Positions 12,883 to 23,585 of a stretch of 45,100 nt of DNA are shown here, piece by piece. How positions within the stretch are numbered: position 1 is the stretch's first letter; every line of letters begins with the position of its first letter. The translations under genes were made by a program, and so were the position numbers. The notes beneath the pieces are model-generated. The model worked only from the letters and a program-made list of their open reading frames with translations. It did no database searches and was not told the origin of the DNA. The DNA is from Piromyces finnis finn (Eukaryota > Fungi > Neocallimastigomycota): the NCBI GenBank assembly GCA_002104945.1, contig MCFH01000111.1, forward strand, positions 1 to 45,100, written 5' to 3'.

Positions 12883-12956
12883 CACTCACGGCGGGACTCG
12901 AACCCGCAATCTTCAGATTAGAAGTCTGACGCCCTATCCAATTAGGCTACGCGAGC
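12883..12956 (-). tRNA. tRNA-Arg(TCT)
   Basis: Anticodon arm TCAGA-CTTCTAA-TCTGA, GGTTCGAGTCC, T4 run just downstream. Confidence 0.95.
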
Positions 12957-12965
12957 TTCAAAGAC

Positions 12966-13037
12966 TTCCGCATCGGGGAATCGAACCCCGGCCGCCACGG
13001 TGAAAGCGTGGAATCCTAGCCACTGGACCAATGCGGA
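12966..13037 (-). tRNA. tRNA-Glu(TTC)
   Basis: TCCGCAT/ATGCGGA acceptor, CCACG-CTTTCAC-CGTGG anticodon arm. Confidence 0.95.
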
Positions 13038-13102
13038 TACTCTTTATCTATAACGGATTAATATTACTAAATGCTATAATATATAATCACATATATTTAT
13101 GT

Positions 13103-14135
13103 TGTAAAAGTTTTACTAAACTTATAATTTAATATTAAAATATTAAATTAAATAAAAGGTTAAAAGATAACTAGGTTAGAAAAAAAATGTTTTATTAAAA
13201 TAATCTTAATTGATTTATAAATGAATAATTATATTATGTATTATAGTTAAAATAATTCCTTTTTATTTTATTTAAAGAATATATATAATAATAAGATTAT
13301 TTAATAGTAATACTTATTAAGTATTAATAAGATAATAATCTTTACAAAGATTTAATTCATAAAACTATTCTAAACTATTTATACTATTTGTAATTTTACA
13401 TTTAATAATAAAATAACTTTTCAATACATGATTATATTCATAATATATTTTATAATACTTAAACTAAACTTAAGACTTATTCCTAATTATTAAAAAATAA
13501 CTATTGTTTATAATATTCATAATATTAATTATTTCTTAATTATAATATAATTCATTGAATATAATATTAATAATTATAATCCTCTAGTTCAAAGATTATA
13601 AATTATGTTATTGAAATATTTATTATAAAATAAAGTTAATTAGTTCCGGAAAATAATTTTAATTTAATTAAACAATAATTTTTTATACTTTGAGTGAATG
13701 ATTTATGTTTGATATATCAGGGGTGATCATTCTCTGAATAAACAATTAATCATTGCTAACAAAATATCTTTAAATTGGAATATCTCGTGAACCAGCAGAG
13801 ATATTGACCTGATTTTAAGATATGTTGTTTGTCTCGAGCGTGGCTTTCTAACGAACTTAATTATAACCAAAATATTTTTATTCAAAAATCGTCATTCGTT
13901 GAGGAGATACGCGTGTTTTTTCTTATTCCATTTTAACGATAAGGGTTAAAGTTATTTATTATAAAAATTATTAAGGGTTAAGGTCATATTTTAACCTTTT
14001 CTAAATTTTTAAATATTTCTTAATAAAATTTTATAATTTATTTGAAAATAAAATATTTGTTGATTTTGAATTTTCATAAGTGATTTCACAATTCCAAGTG
14101 ATCTTGAAATTGTAATTTCACTAGTATTCGTGACA
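13103..14135 (-). mobile_element. LTR family C (C1), about 1.03 kb
   Basis: TGTCACGAATAC...ACTTTTACA; near-identical reverse complement of 41221-42253; no TSD. Confidence 0.85.
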
Positions 14136-14189
14136 TGGTTTCAATTGAAATATTTGTGGGCAAACTTATGGCCACAAATATTTCTTACA
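14136..14189 (-). mobile_element. First 54 nt of LTR-D, cut by C1
   Basis: Exact reverse complement of 29013-29066 (TGTAAGAAATATTTGTGGCC...GAAACCA). Confidence 0.95.
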
Positions 14190-14201
14190 TTAACATATGA
14201 G

Positions 14202-14272
14202 GCGTTAATAGTATAGAGGTAGAATATTTGCCTTCCAAGCAAATGGCCCGGGTTCGATTCCCGGTTAACGCA
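14202..14272 (+). tRNA. tRNA-Gly(TCC)
   Basis: GCGTTAA/TTAACGC acceptor, TTTGC-CTTCCAA-GCAAA anticodon arm, GGTTCGATTCC, T-run terminator at about 14279. Confidence 0.95.
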
Positions 14273-14344
14273 TAAATATTTTTTAAAAAATTCAAATTCC
14301 TATTGGATAGTTTTTTTTTTTTTTTTTTTGTAAATCATAATTAA

Positions 14345-14737
14345 TTTTGCATAATAGACTCACCTCCAATTCTCCTTAAGGATAATATTTCAAAACTTTC
14401 TAGTGACTGGGATTCTCATTTTGATGGTTTAAAAGCCCACTTAGTCAAAGCTAAAGAAGATTTCAAGAAATTCGGTAATCCAAAAAAATCTACTGGTTCT
14501 GACTTTAAAGTGAATGACATGGTTTAACTAAAGAGATACTATTTTTCCAATGAACCTTCTAAAAAATTATCTTCACAATATTTAGGGCTATTTAAAATCA
14601 TTGAGAAGAGGGAAAGAATGAATAACCACCTGGAGTTGCCAGAAAACTTACACCTTCAACCTATATTTCATATCTCACAATTAGAACCATGTGTAAAAAG
14701 GAATCCTGAACTTAAAGAATCATTTGAAGAGGAGCAA
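14345..14737 (+). pseudogene. Gypsy integrase C-terminal (GPY/F) fragment ending in a PPT; no chromodomain
   Basis: Translates ..DFKVNDMV*LKR..KKLSSQYLGLFKIIEK..LELPENLHLQPIFHISQLEP..; PPT GAAGAGGAGCAA directly before TGT at 14738. Confidence 0.8.
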
Positions 14738-15090
14738 TGTAAGAATTAATATTAAATTACTTAATATTCATTCTTAGTTATATTATGTAATTAAACATTA
14801 TATAAAAATTTATTGAATTTATTTAATATATATTTATTTATTCATTAATATAATATAGTAAGTTTACTTAATGCATTAACTACTTATTCATTTAATTACA
14901 TTATAATATTTATTTAAAATATATTTATTCATTCATTTAAATAATATAGTAAATTTATTTAATACATTGGTTTTACGTATATTTAGTTTAATTAATAGTA
15001 TTTATTTAGAGATTAATAATCCATTTCCATTTATTTATTTATTAGTAAAATTATTATACAAAAATTTCACAAATTATAAATTATGTAACA
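14738..15090 (+). mobile_element. 3' LTR (family H)
   Basis: TGT follows the PPT; candidate end TAACA just before the (TTTTA)n array. Confidence 0.55.
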
Positions 15091-15672
15091 TTTTATTTTA
15101 TTTTATTTTATTTTATTTTATTATATTTTATTTTATTTTATTTTATTTTATTTTATTTTATTTTATTTTTTTTATTTTATTTTATTTTATTTTATTTTAT
15201 TTTATTTTATTTTATTTTATTTTATTTTATTTTATTTTATTTTATTTATTTTATTTTATTTTATTTTATTTTATTTTATTTTATTTTATTTTATTTTATT
15301 TTATTTTATTTTATTTTATTTTATTTTATTTTATTTTATTTTATTTTATTTTATTTTATTTTATTTTATTTTATTTTATTTATTTTATTTTATTTTATTT
15401 TATTTTATTTTATTTTATTTTATTTTATTTTTTTATTTTATTTTATTTTATTTTATTTTATTTTATTTATTTTATTTTATTTTATTTTATTTTATTTTAT
15501 TTTATTTTATTTTATTTTATTTTATTTTATTTTATTTTATTTTATTTTATTTTATTTTATTTTTATTTTATTTTATTTTATTTTATTTTTTTTTTTTATT
15601 TTATTTTATTTTATTTTATTTTTTTTTTTTTTTTTATTTTATTTTATTTTATTTTATTTTATTTTATTTTAT
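15091..15672. repeat. (TTTTA)n array
   Basis: More than 100 pentamer units. Confidence 0.97.
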
Positions 15673-16680
15673 TTAATAAATTAGAAATATCAGATATTAA
15701 GGTTTTTCCTTTATTAAGTTTTACTTAATATTACGATGATTGGTATGTCTAAGATATCAATCGAATTTCTTTTTAGGTTTTTCTTCTAATCTTTTCCTAA
15801 AAAGATTTTTTGTTAAGATTAGAAATTATTCATTTAACTTTAAATTTTAATAAAATTATAAATAAGAGAACTCTTGGATTCCATTAAAGAATCCAGAGTT
15901 ATTATTATAAGACAATTATAGTAAATAGCTTTTTTCAAAAAGCTATATTAATAAAAATATTTAAACTAAAATATCTTTAAAATTTTGTGTTGTTTATTAT
16001 AGCTCACTTATAATAAACTCTTTAAGATAAGTATTTATTTCTTTATTTTCTTTTAAGAAACTTCTCAATTTAATAATACATATTATATCATTATATTGTA
16101 GATAATAATTATTATTAAATATATAGTAATAATTATTACATCTTGATACGCTACTCGCACAAAAATATAATAAAAACTAACCGAATAAACACGACTTAAC
16201 CCATAGTGACTTTTAATAAAAATAAGTAACAATAACCCTTTAAAATAAATGAATAATAACTATATAAAAATATAACCCTTTTAAATAAATAATATTCTCT
16301 TTATTAAATAAATAATAATAAATTCTGAATAAAATGACTTAATAGAAATAAATATAAATAAATTATTAAATAAAACAACTTAATTAAATAGTGTATTAGT
16401 ATATTAAAATAATAAAATAATAAATAAAAATGAATGAATAAATTCAAATAAAATGGTGTATATCAAATTATTAATTCTAGTGTTTATCCAAATGTCCCTT
16501 AAAAATTCTTTTAAAATTATATTTAAAAACTAATAATTAAATAATTGAGTAATTATTACTAAAAGTGACAAACTTAAACCTGGAAATAGAACAATAATAG
16601 TAATTTTAAGGATAAAATACAGAATTCTTTTATGTTTTTGGTTTTTGTATAAAATGAGTGCTTATAATAATTGATACTTT

Positions 16681-16780
16681 TATTTTAGTTTCATTTTAAT
16701 TTTATTTTAGTTTCATTTTAATTTTATTTTAGTTTCATTTTAATTTTATTTTAGTTTCATTTTAATTTCATTTTAGTTTA
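16681..16780. repeat. 22-bp minisatellite (tattttagtttcattttaattt)
   Basis: About 4.5 tandem copies. Confidence 0.85.
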
Positions 16781-17064
16781 ATATTCTTTTAATTTTAAAT
16801 TTTAATTATTTTATTTAAGGTATTATACATTTAATGATAGTTAATGATAATTAATAATAACTTTTTTTTAAGTTTAAACATTCTGAAGTAAAAGAGGATC
16901 AAATAAGTAATATTTTATAATACTAAAGTATAATTTTAATTTATTCTTTTAATTTTAACAAATAATAACAATAGTAATTAGTAATAGTAAATAGTTAAAA
17001 TAATAATAAATGTAATAAATGTAATAAATGAAAAATGCATAAAGGGAGGATAAATTTCTCCTTT

Positions 17065-17081
17065 AAAAGGGGGGGACAATG
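17065..17081 (+). promoter_or_regulatory. Orphan PPT-like tract (AAAAGGGGGGGACAA) followed by TG
   Basis: Same PPT + 2-3 nt + TG pattern as at 14738, 29013 and 39089. Confidence 0.35.
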
Positions 17082-18415
17082 AATAAACAATAAAAATAAT
17101 AAAAATATAATAAAGAGATAATTTAAAAGCATAATTGATAAATTTATTTTTTAAGTTTTAAAGAGATTTATTTGTTAATTATAAAACGCACTTTTATTTT
17201 AAATTTACTGTTCCATCTAAATCCTAGAATTTATTATTTATTAAAAATATTATATTATATTATTTAAAAATATATTGGACTAAAGTAAAATAACAATATA
17301 TTTTGTAGTGTAAAGTGAATGATGTATAGTCCATCCTAGTATAAATCCTATGCATAACTAATAAATTTACTTTATTTTATATTTATCTACCTTATTTATT
17401 GATATTCCACTATTCCAACAATTTATTTATGAACCTCAACAATTTATAATACTAAGTGGATATTATTTTAATTCTATAAATAAATATATAATGTGATTGT
17501 TAAGAATAGAAGATAATTAATAATAAATTAAATATTCAAATAAATAATTTAAAAACCAATTTTATATTTTAAAAATTATAAAATACTCTTAAAAATAATT
17601 AAAAGGTCACTTTGGAAAAATTTAATATTGGAAAGGGTTAAGAATCACAAGGATTCGATTTTCAATAAATTAACCCTTATGCAAAATATACAATATATGA
17701 AAACAATAATAACTTCCGAATATTGCGTCCTATTTCCGTTTTCTAGGGACGTCAAATTAGTTTTGTTAGAAAGTACTAGTTAAAACTTATATACTCACAA
17801 ATATTCACAAAAATTCTCCATTATTATTAAATAAGGTTAGATAATAATTACTCTTAATTTCAAATCTAATCAATCAATTATAAAAATTAATTAGTATTTA
17901 TTTTAAATAATTTCTGGCTAATAACCTCAATAATCAAAATCAAATAAAATCAAAAATCATTATGGTCAAAAAGTAATTAATAATAATTATTAATTAATTA
18001 ATCATCATAAAAATATATAATTTGTATCATTAATTTCTATTCTCGATTGAGAATACTAAATATTTACAATTTAATATGGTTAAAACAATACTTTTTATTT
18101 AAAAGTAATTTTAAAGATTAATCTTAAGAGCTATCATATGAATTCATATCAATATCAATTATTAATATTATTTTAATAATCAAATCATTAATAAATGAAA
18201 TTTATAAATAATCATATTAAATAAAAAGGTTTTAATTATAAAATCATTTAATTATAAATTCGTATTATTATTATTATTTAAATTCTTTAATCGTTTTAAA
18301 GAAGAAGTTTAATAATAAATAAATTTAATATTTTAATTATTGAATTAAGTTATAAGTTATAATAAAGAAACGCTCTGACCAAGTTACATATCTCTCCCAA
18401 GCCCTCCCACTTTAC

Positions 18416-18823
18416 AGTGATAATATCTATATCTAAAATTTAATAAATAAATTATTAAAAATAAATAAACTTTTTCATTTACCAAGTCTTTGTTAGTTTT
18501 TTTTAAAATATAATTTTATTTTATTCAAGTATAAAATTTTAATATTTAATAACTCTTGCATTATTAAATATTTATATACTATTAATTGATACACCTTGTA
18601 TGTATGTAAAATATAATTATAAATATTATTTAACATAAATTTTATATCCAATTTTACTGGATTATTAGGAACATTTTTTTAAATAAACTAATTCTATCAC
18701 TATTTATACATTTATACTATTTTAGAGTGTTATATTAATATTTTAAAATAGATAATTAATAAACAAATGAAAAAAAATAATTCTTGTTTACATTTATAAT
18801 TTTAAAACTAATGATTTTATATA
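18416..18823 (+). mobile_element. Family F LTR, 5'-truncated (F3)
   Basis: Shares gtgataatatct.tatctaaaa, ggattattaggaaca and gtttacatttataatttt with F1. Confidence 0.55.
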
Positions 18824-18971
18824 TAAATATTTTAATACTAATTTAATTACTTTTAATCTGTGTTTAAAATAATTTCATTATAATAATATATTTAATTTAT
18901 AAATTTAATTATTTATTATTTGTGACATGTAACAAACAGAAAATACTATATTTAGTATAAATTCCAGGTCA

Positions 18972-19683
18972 TGTCACGAATACTAGTTGAAGTTGTGAAA
19001 TTACTTTTGAAATATTAAAAAAATTAATATTTATCAAATTTTAAAAAATACAAAACAATATTGGTAAATATTAAAATTAAAGTAATACGATCTTAACACT
19101 CTATAAAGGTTATTATAAACACCTTTAGCCCTTAAGACCATAATTTAATAACAAAAATCATTCATAGCTCGACAACGAATGTTGGTTTTTTGATGAAATT
19201 ATCTTTGATGAAACCACGTTCATTAGAAAGCCACGAGCATGATATCTTTCCTGGTTTGCGAGATACCGTGTTTAACAATTTTTATGCACAAATGATTATT
19301 GATAATTCAGAGAATGATCACTTCTGATGTATCACTCATAAATCATTCTGTAAAACTAAATTATCTTTTCCAATTTAATCCTCGGGAAGATAATAACTTC
19401 ATTTTATAATAATTATTTCAATAAAATATTAAAATATTTCATAATCTTTGAATTAAAAAATTATACTATTTTTAACTATAAATAATTATTTATATAATAG
19501 TTAGTATTATTAATATTATTAATATCTAGTTAACAAATTATATTTTATTTTTATGTTTAGTTTAGTATTATTAAATATGTTATGAAAACAAATTATGTAT
19601 CGAAAGTTATTTTATTATTAAATTAAATTTTACAAAGAATATAAATAGTTTAGTTAAATTCATAAAATTAATTCTTTATAAAG

Positions 19684-19690
<7 letters not shown>
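18972..19690 (+). mobile_element. Diverged family C LTR (C'), 3'-truncated
   Basis: Starts TGTCACGAATACTAGT; shares cagagaatgatcac, ataatctttgaattaaaa and aaagattatta with C. Confidence 0.65.
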
Positions 19691-19745
<55 letters not shown>

Positions 19746-19769
19746 TATTATTATTATTATTATTATTAC

Positions 19770-19849
<80 letters not shown>
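19685..19849. repeat. (TAT)n microsatellite
   Basis: About 55 units. Confidence 0.97.
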
Positions 19850-19927
19850 GGTCATAATGCTCTAACCCTACTTATTAATAACATTATTTTAAACACAAAT
19901 AAATAATTAAATTAGTACTAAAGTATT

Positions 19928-20492
19928 TATATAAATTATTAATTTTAAAATTATAAATGTAAACAAGAAACTACTTATTTATTTATTAATTAATTAAATA
20001 GCTAATTAATTGTTTATTAATATAATACTTTAAAATAATATAAATGTATAAATAGTGTTAGAATTACTTTATTTTAAAAATTGTTCCTAATAATCCGTCA
20101 AAATTAGATATATTATATTAAATTTATTAAATGGTTCCTAATAATCCAGTAAAATTAGATATATAATTTATATAAAATAATATTTGTAATTATAATAATA
20201 CACATACGAGATGTATTGAATAATAATAATATATATATATATTTAATAATACAAGAGTTATTAAATATTAAAACTTTATAATTAAATAAAATAAATTTAT
20301 ATTTTTAACTAACAAGGACTTGCAAATGAACAAATAAAATAAATTTATATTTTAAATTAACAAAGATTTTCAAATGAACAAGTATAAAAATCATTTATTA
20401 TTTTTTTTTTTATTTCTATTTATTAAATTTTAGATACAGATTGTCACTTTCTATATTCATTTATAGAATTAAGGTAATATCATACCATAACA
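19928..20492 (-). mobile_element. Family F LTR (F2)
   Basis: Starts TGTTATGG at 20492 on the minus strand; reverse-complement homologue of 9316-9787. Confidence 0.6.
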
Positions 20493-20516
20493 AAATTAAT
20501 AGAAGTCAATGAAGTG

Positions 20517-20588
20517 GGAGGGTTGGCGCAACGGTAGCGCGTCCGCCTCCAGAGCGGAAGGTTGGGTGTTCGAATCACTCACTCTCCA
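20517..20588 (+). tRNA. tRNA-Trp(CCA), identical to 10726-10797
   Basis: Same 72-nt sequence; T4 terminator follows. Confidence 0.95.
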
Positions 20589-20624
20589 TTTTAATAAAAA
20601 ATATAAATATACCACTTTTTATTT

Positions 20625-20822
20625 ATTATATTTATATTTATATTTATATTTATATTTATATTTATATTTATATTTATATTTATATTTATATTTATATTTA
20701 TATTTATATTTATATTTATATTTATATTTATATTTATATTTATATTTATATTTATATTTATATTTATATTTATATTTATATTTATATTTATATTTATATT
20801 TATATTTATATTTATATTTATA
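20625..20822. repeat. (TATATT)n microsatellite
   Basis: About 33 perfect hexamers. Confidence 0.97.
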
Positions 20823-21383
20823 AATTTTTACTAAAATCAAAATATATAATATAAGAAATGTTATATGATCCTGCTAATCATGAATTCTGAAAGTATTTTT
20901 AAAAACAAATTTTAATTAAATATTATCGAATTGATTAATTAATGTCCATTTATCATTATTAGATTAAAAACAATATATATCATTAATCTCACCAGTTTAA
21001 CAATTTTAATTATGAAATATTAGTATTTTTTATGACTATGTATTTAAATAAAGGTTTATTCCTTTAATTCACTAGAAATGCTTTTATATATATAAATATT
21101 TAATAAAGCAATTTAAGTGATAGTTTTATATTAGTCATAAATATTTAATAATAATTACGATTAGAAAGAACCGCACATTCGCTCATTTATTTGATTTGTC
21201 TTAGAAGAAATTAAAGAATAATATTGTAAACTATTTTTCTCCTAAATAATTTAAGTATAATCCCAAGAAATATTAAAGGATAATATTGTAAATTATCTTT
21301 TCCTTAAATAATTTAAATAAAATTCCAAGAAATGTTAAAAGAAATTCACAAATATAAAGTGTTATAAAAATCATATATATTCA

Positions 21384-21759
21384 ATATATTAAATTAATAG
21401 CAGAGCTTATATTTTAATATGGTAATTATTGTATTATATATTAAATTAATAGCAGAGCTTATATTTTAATATGGTAATTATTGTATTATATATTAAATTA
21501 ATAGCAGAGCTTATATTTTAATATGGTAATTATTGTATTATATATTAAATTAATAGCAGAGCTTATATTTTAATATGGTAATTATTGTATTATATATTAA
21601 ATTAATAGCAGAGCTTATATTTTAATATGATAATTATTGTATTATATATTAAATTAATAGCAGAGCTTGTATTTTAATATGGTAATTATTGTATTATATA
21701 TTAAATTAATAGCAGAGCTTATATTTTAATATGGTAATTATTGTATTATATATTAAATT
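21384..21759. repeat. 52-bp minisatellite, about 7 copies
   Basis: GCAGAGC recurs at 21400, 21452, 21504, 21556, 21608, 21660 and 21712. Confidence 0.95.
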
Positions 21760-22633
21760 TGTATAATATATATGATATATCTATTAGAATTTATAAAGCA
21801 TTTAATAGAAATGCTTCCATCTATTATCTATTTGTCTTAAGAAATAAGAATATTTGAAAATAATTCTAGTCTTTGATATTTCCAAGAAAACATTAAGTTT
21901 AATTTTATAATTTGGCATAAATTATAAATCCTTGAGTATAAAATTATATAGAATTATTTCCACATAATAAGAAGTAATTATACCTCATTAAGAATACAAA
22001 AACACCATGTTAATATATTTTGGGATTTGACGCTGATAATAAATTAAACTATAGTAGAATAATATATATTAATATTAAAATATTAAAATCAACTATACAC
22101 TCTACAAACTCATAAAATGCAGTATTTTATAATTTTATTAATGCTTTAATGATTTAATATTCAAAAATAGTTTCCCTTTTTATAAGTTTTATAAATTATT
22201 CTCTCCAATAATTAGAATAAAATTTTAAATTACTTAACTTTAGTAATTCAAAAATAATAGATAGATATATAATAGTTGAGCTGAGTTAAGTTGAATTGAA
22301 ACCTACGTCTTTTTAAAAGATTAATTATTTATATAAAATTTAATAATAATGCTCTTATAGTATTAATCAAATCTACCGTAAATTTCATTTAAAATATTAA
22401 AATAAAAAAGAAATTATTAAACAAAAAATAAAACCTTTTGTTATTTAACTATTTAATTGCTATTCCTAATAACTTATTCTTCTAAAGTTAATATAATATA
22501 GAAAATTCATTTTGGCAAATGAATAAATGAATTATATATTTATAAAATAAGAAATGCAATGCATATATGATATGATAAGTAAATAAAACTACCTATTTTA
22601 TCTTAATGAATATTCTATAAAATAATTTTTTTT

Positions 22634-22707
22634 CACTCACGGCGGGACTCGAACCCGCAATCTTCAGATTAGAAGTCTGACGCCCTATCCAATTAGGCTA
22701 CGCGAGC
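22634..22707 (-). tRNA. tRNA-Arg(TCT), identical to 12883-12956
   Basis: Same sequence; T-run downstream. Confidence 0.93.
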
Positions 22708-22717
22708 TTTTAAAGAT

Positions 22718-22779
22718 TTCCGCATCGGGGAATCGAACCCCGGCCGCCACGGTGAAAGCGTGTACTGGACCAATGCGGA
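22718..22779 (-). pseudogene. tRNA-Glu(TTC) pseudogene
   Basis: Matches 12966-13037 except that + strand GAATCCTAGCC is replaced by T (net -10 nt), destroying the D-arm and part of the A box. Confidence 0.88.
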
Positions 22780-22790
22780 TAATCTTCATA

Positions 22791-23284
22791 TGTAAGAAAT
22801 ATTTGTAGCCATAAGTTTGCCCACAAATATTTCAATTGAAACCATATATTCTGGTCACCATTTATTGGCCAAATATATGCATAACCATATATTAATGGTT
22901 ATTAATTAAATAGGAAGTCTATTTGCTTTACCCAATCAAGTGGTAAAGAAAATAAACTCATATAGTTAAATAGTATAGTCAAAACTAACGTTAAATACTT
23001 TAGCGTTAGTATTAAAGTAAATTAATAGCTATAATAATAATTAATGTATATAATTATAACTAATAAATAAAAGATAATAATTATAATAATTATTTAAGTA
23101 AATAATATTTCATATTAATATTTATTGTATTATATTTATTTTTGTGTTATAATATTTATTTTAGTTCTTTTATTATTTTTTATAAAACTTTATTTAGTTA
23201 TTAACTCGTATAGAGAGGTAATAACTAACTTAATTAACTTGTTATATTTAACTTATTAACTAACATATATAAAAACCTTTTACA
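22791..23284 (+). repeat. 5' LTR of D1 (494 bp)
   Basis: TGTAAG...CCTTTTACA; first 240 nt repeated at 29013. Confidence 0.9.
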
Positions 23285-23295
23285 ATACTAACGCT
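23285..23295 (+). promoter_or_regulatory. Self-priming PBS of D (ATACTAACGCT)
   Basis: Exact reverse complement of LTR nt 23002-23012 (AGCGTTAGTAT); not a TGG tRNA-type PBS. Confidence 0.8.
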
Positions 23296-23585
23296 TTATA
23301 GTTAGTTCTTACGTTAGCTTAGTTTTAATTAGGTTAGTGTTATTAAAAATTCTTAAAAAACATATTTTATTTTATTTAAATTATTGTTTAATAATAATTA
23401 TTTACAATATTTTATATAATATTCAAATATTATATTTAAAAGAAGTAAATTTATTATTAAAAATAATTATTTTTTAATAGTTTAGCATTAAAAATTCATT
23501 ATTTGTAAATTTTAAAATTCATTATAACCATATTTTATATAATAAATTCTTTAATTTATTAAAAGAATTTATTTTCGAATTAGAA

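Noticed and set aside
14967-15728. 253-aa (FILFY)n ORF resembling a membrane protein
   Set aside because: Stop-free reading of the (TTTTA)n array
17725-17800. Helitron-like 3' hairpin (CGTCCT..AGGGACG) with downstream CTAG
   Set aside because: Imperfect stem, CTAG more than 20 nt away, no second copy or 5' TC end identified
18370-18415. Minus-strand TGGTCAGAGCG resembling a Met-i PBS, next to a purine tract
   Set aside because: Lacks the AT of TGGTATCAGAGC; no adjacent LTR end or gag
20509-20840. (YL)n and (YK)n ORFs
   Set aside because: Overlap tRNA-Trp and (TATATT)n; not protein-coding
21384-21759. CRISPR-like periodicity
   Set aside because: Units are contiguous with no unique spacers; no cas genes; eukaryotic context
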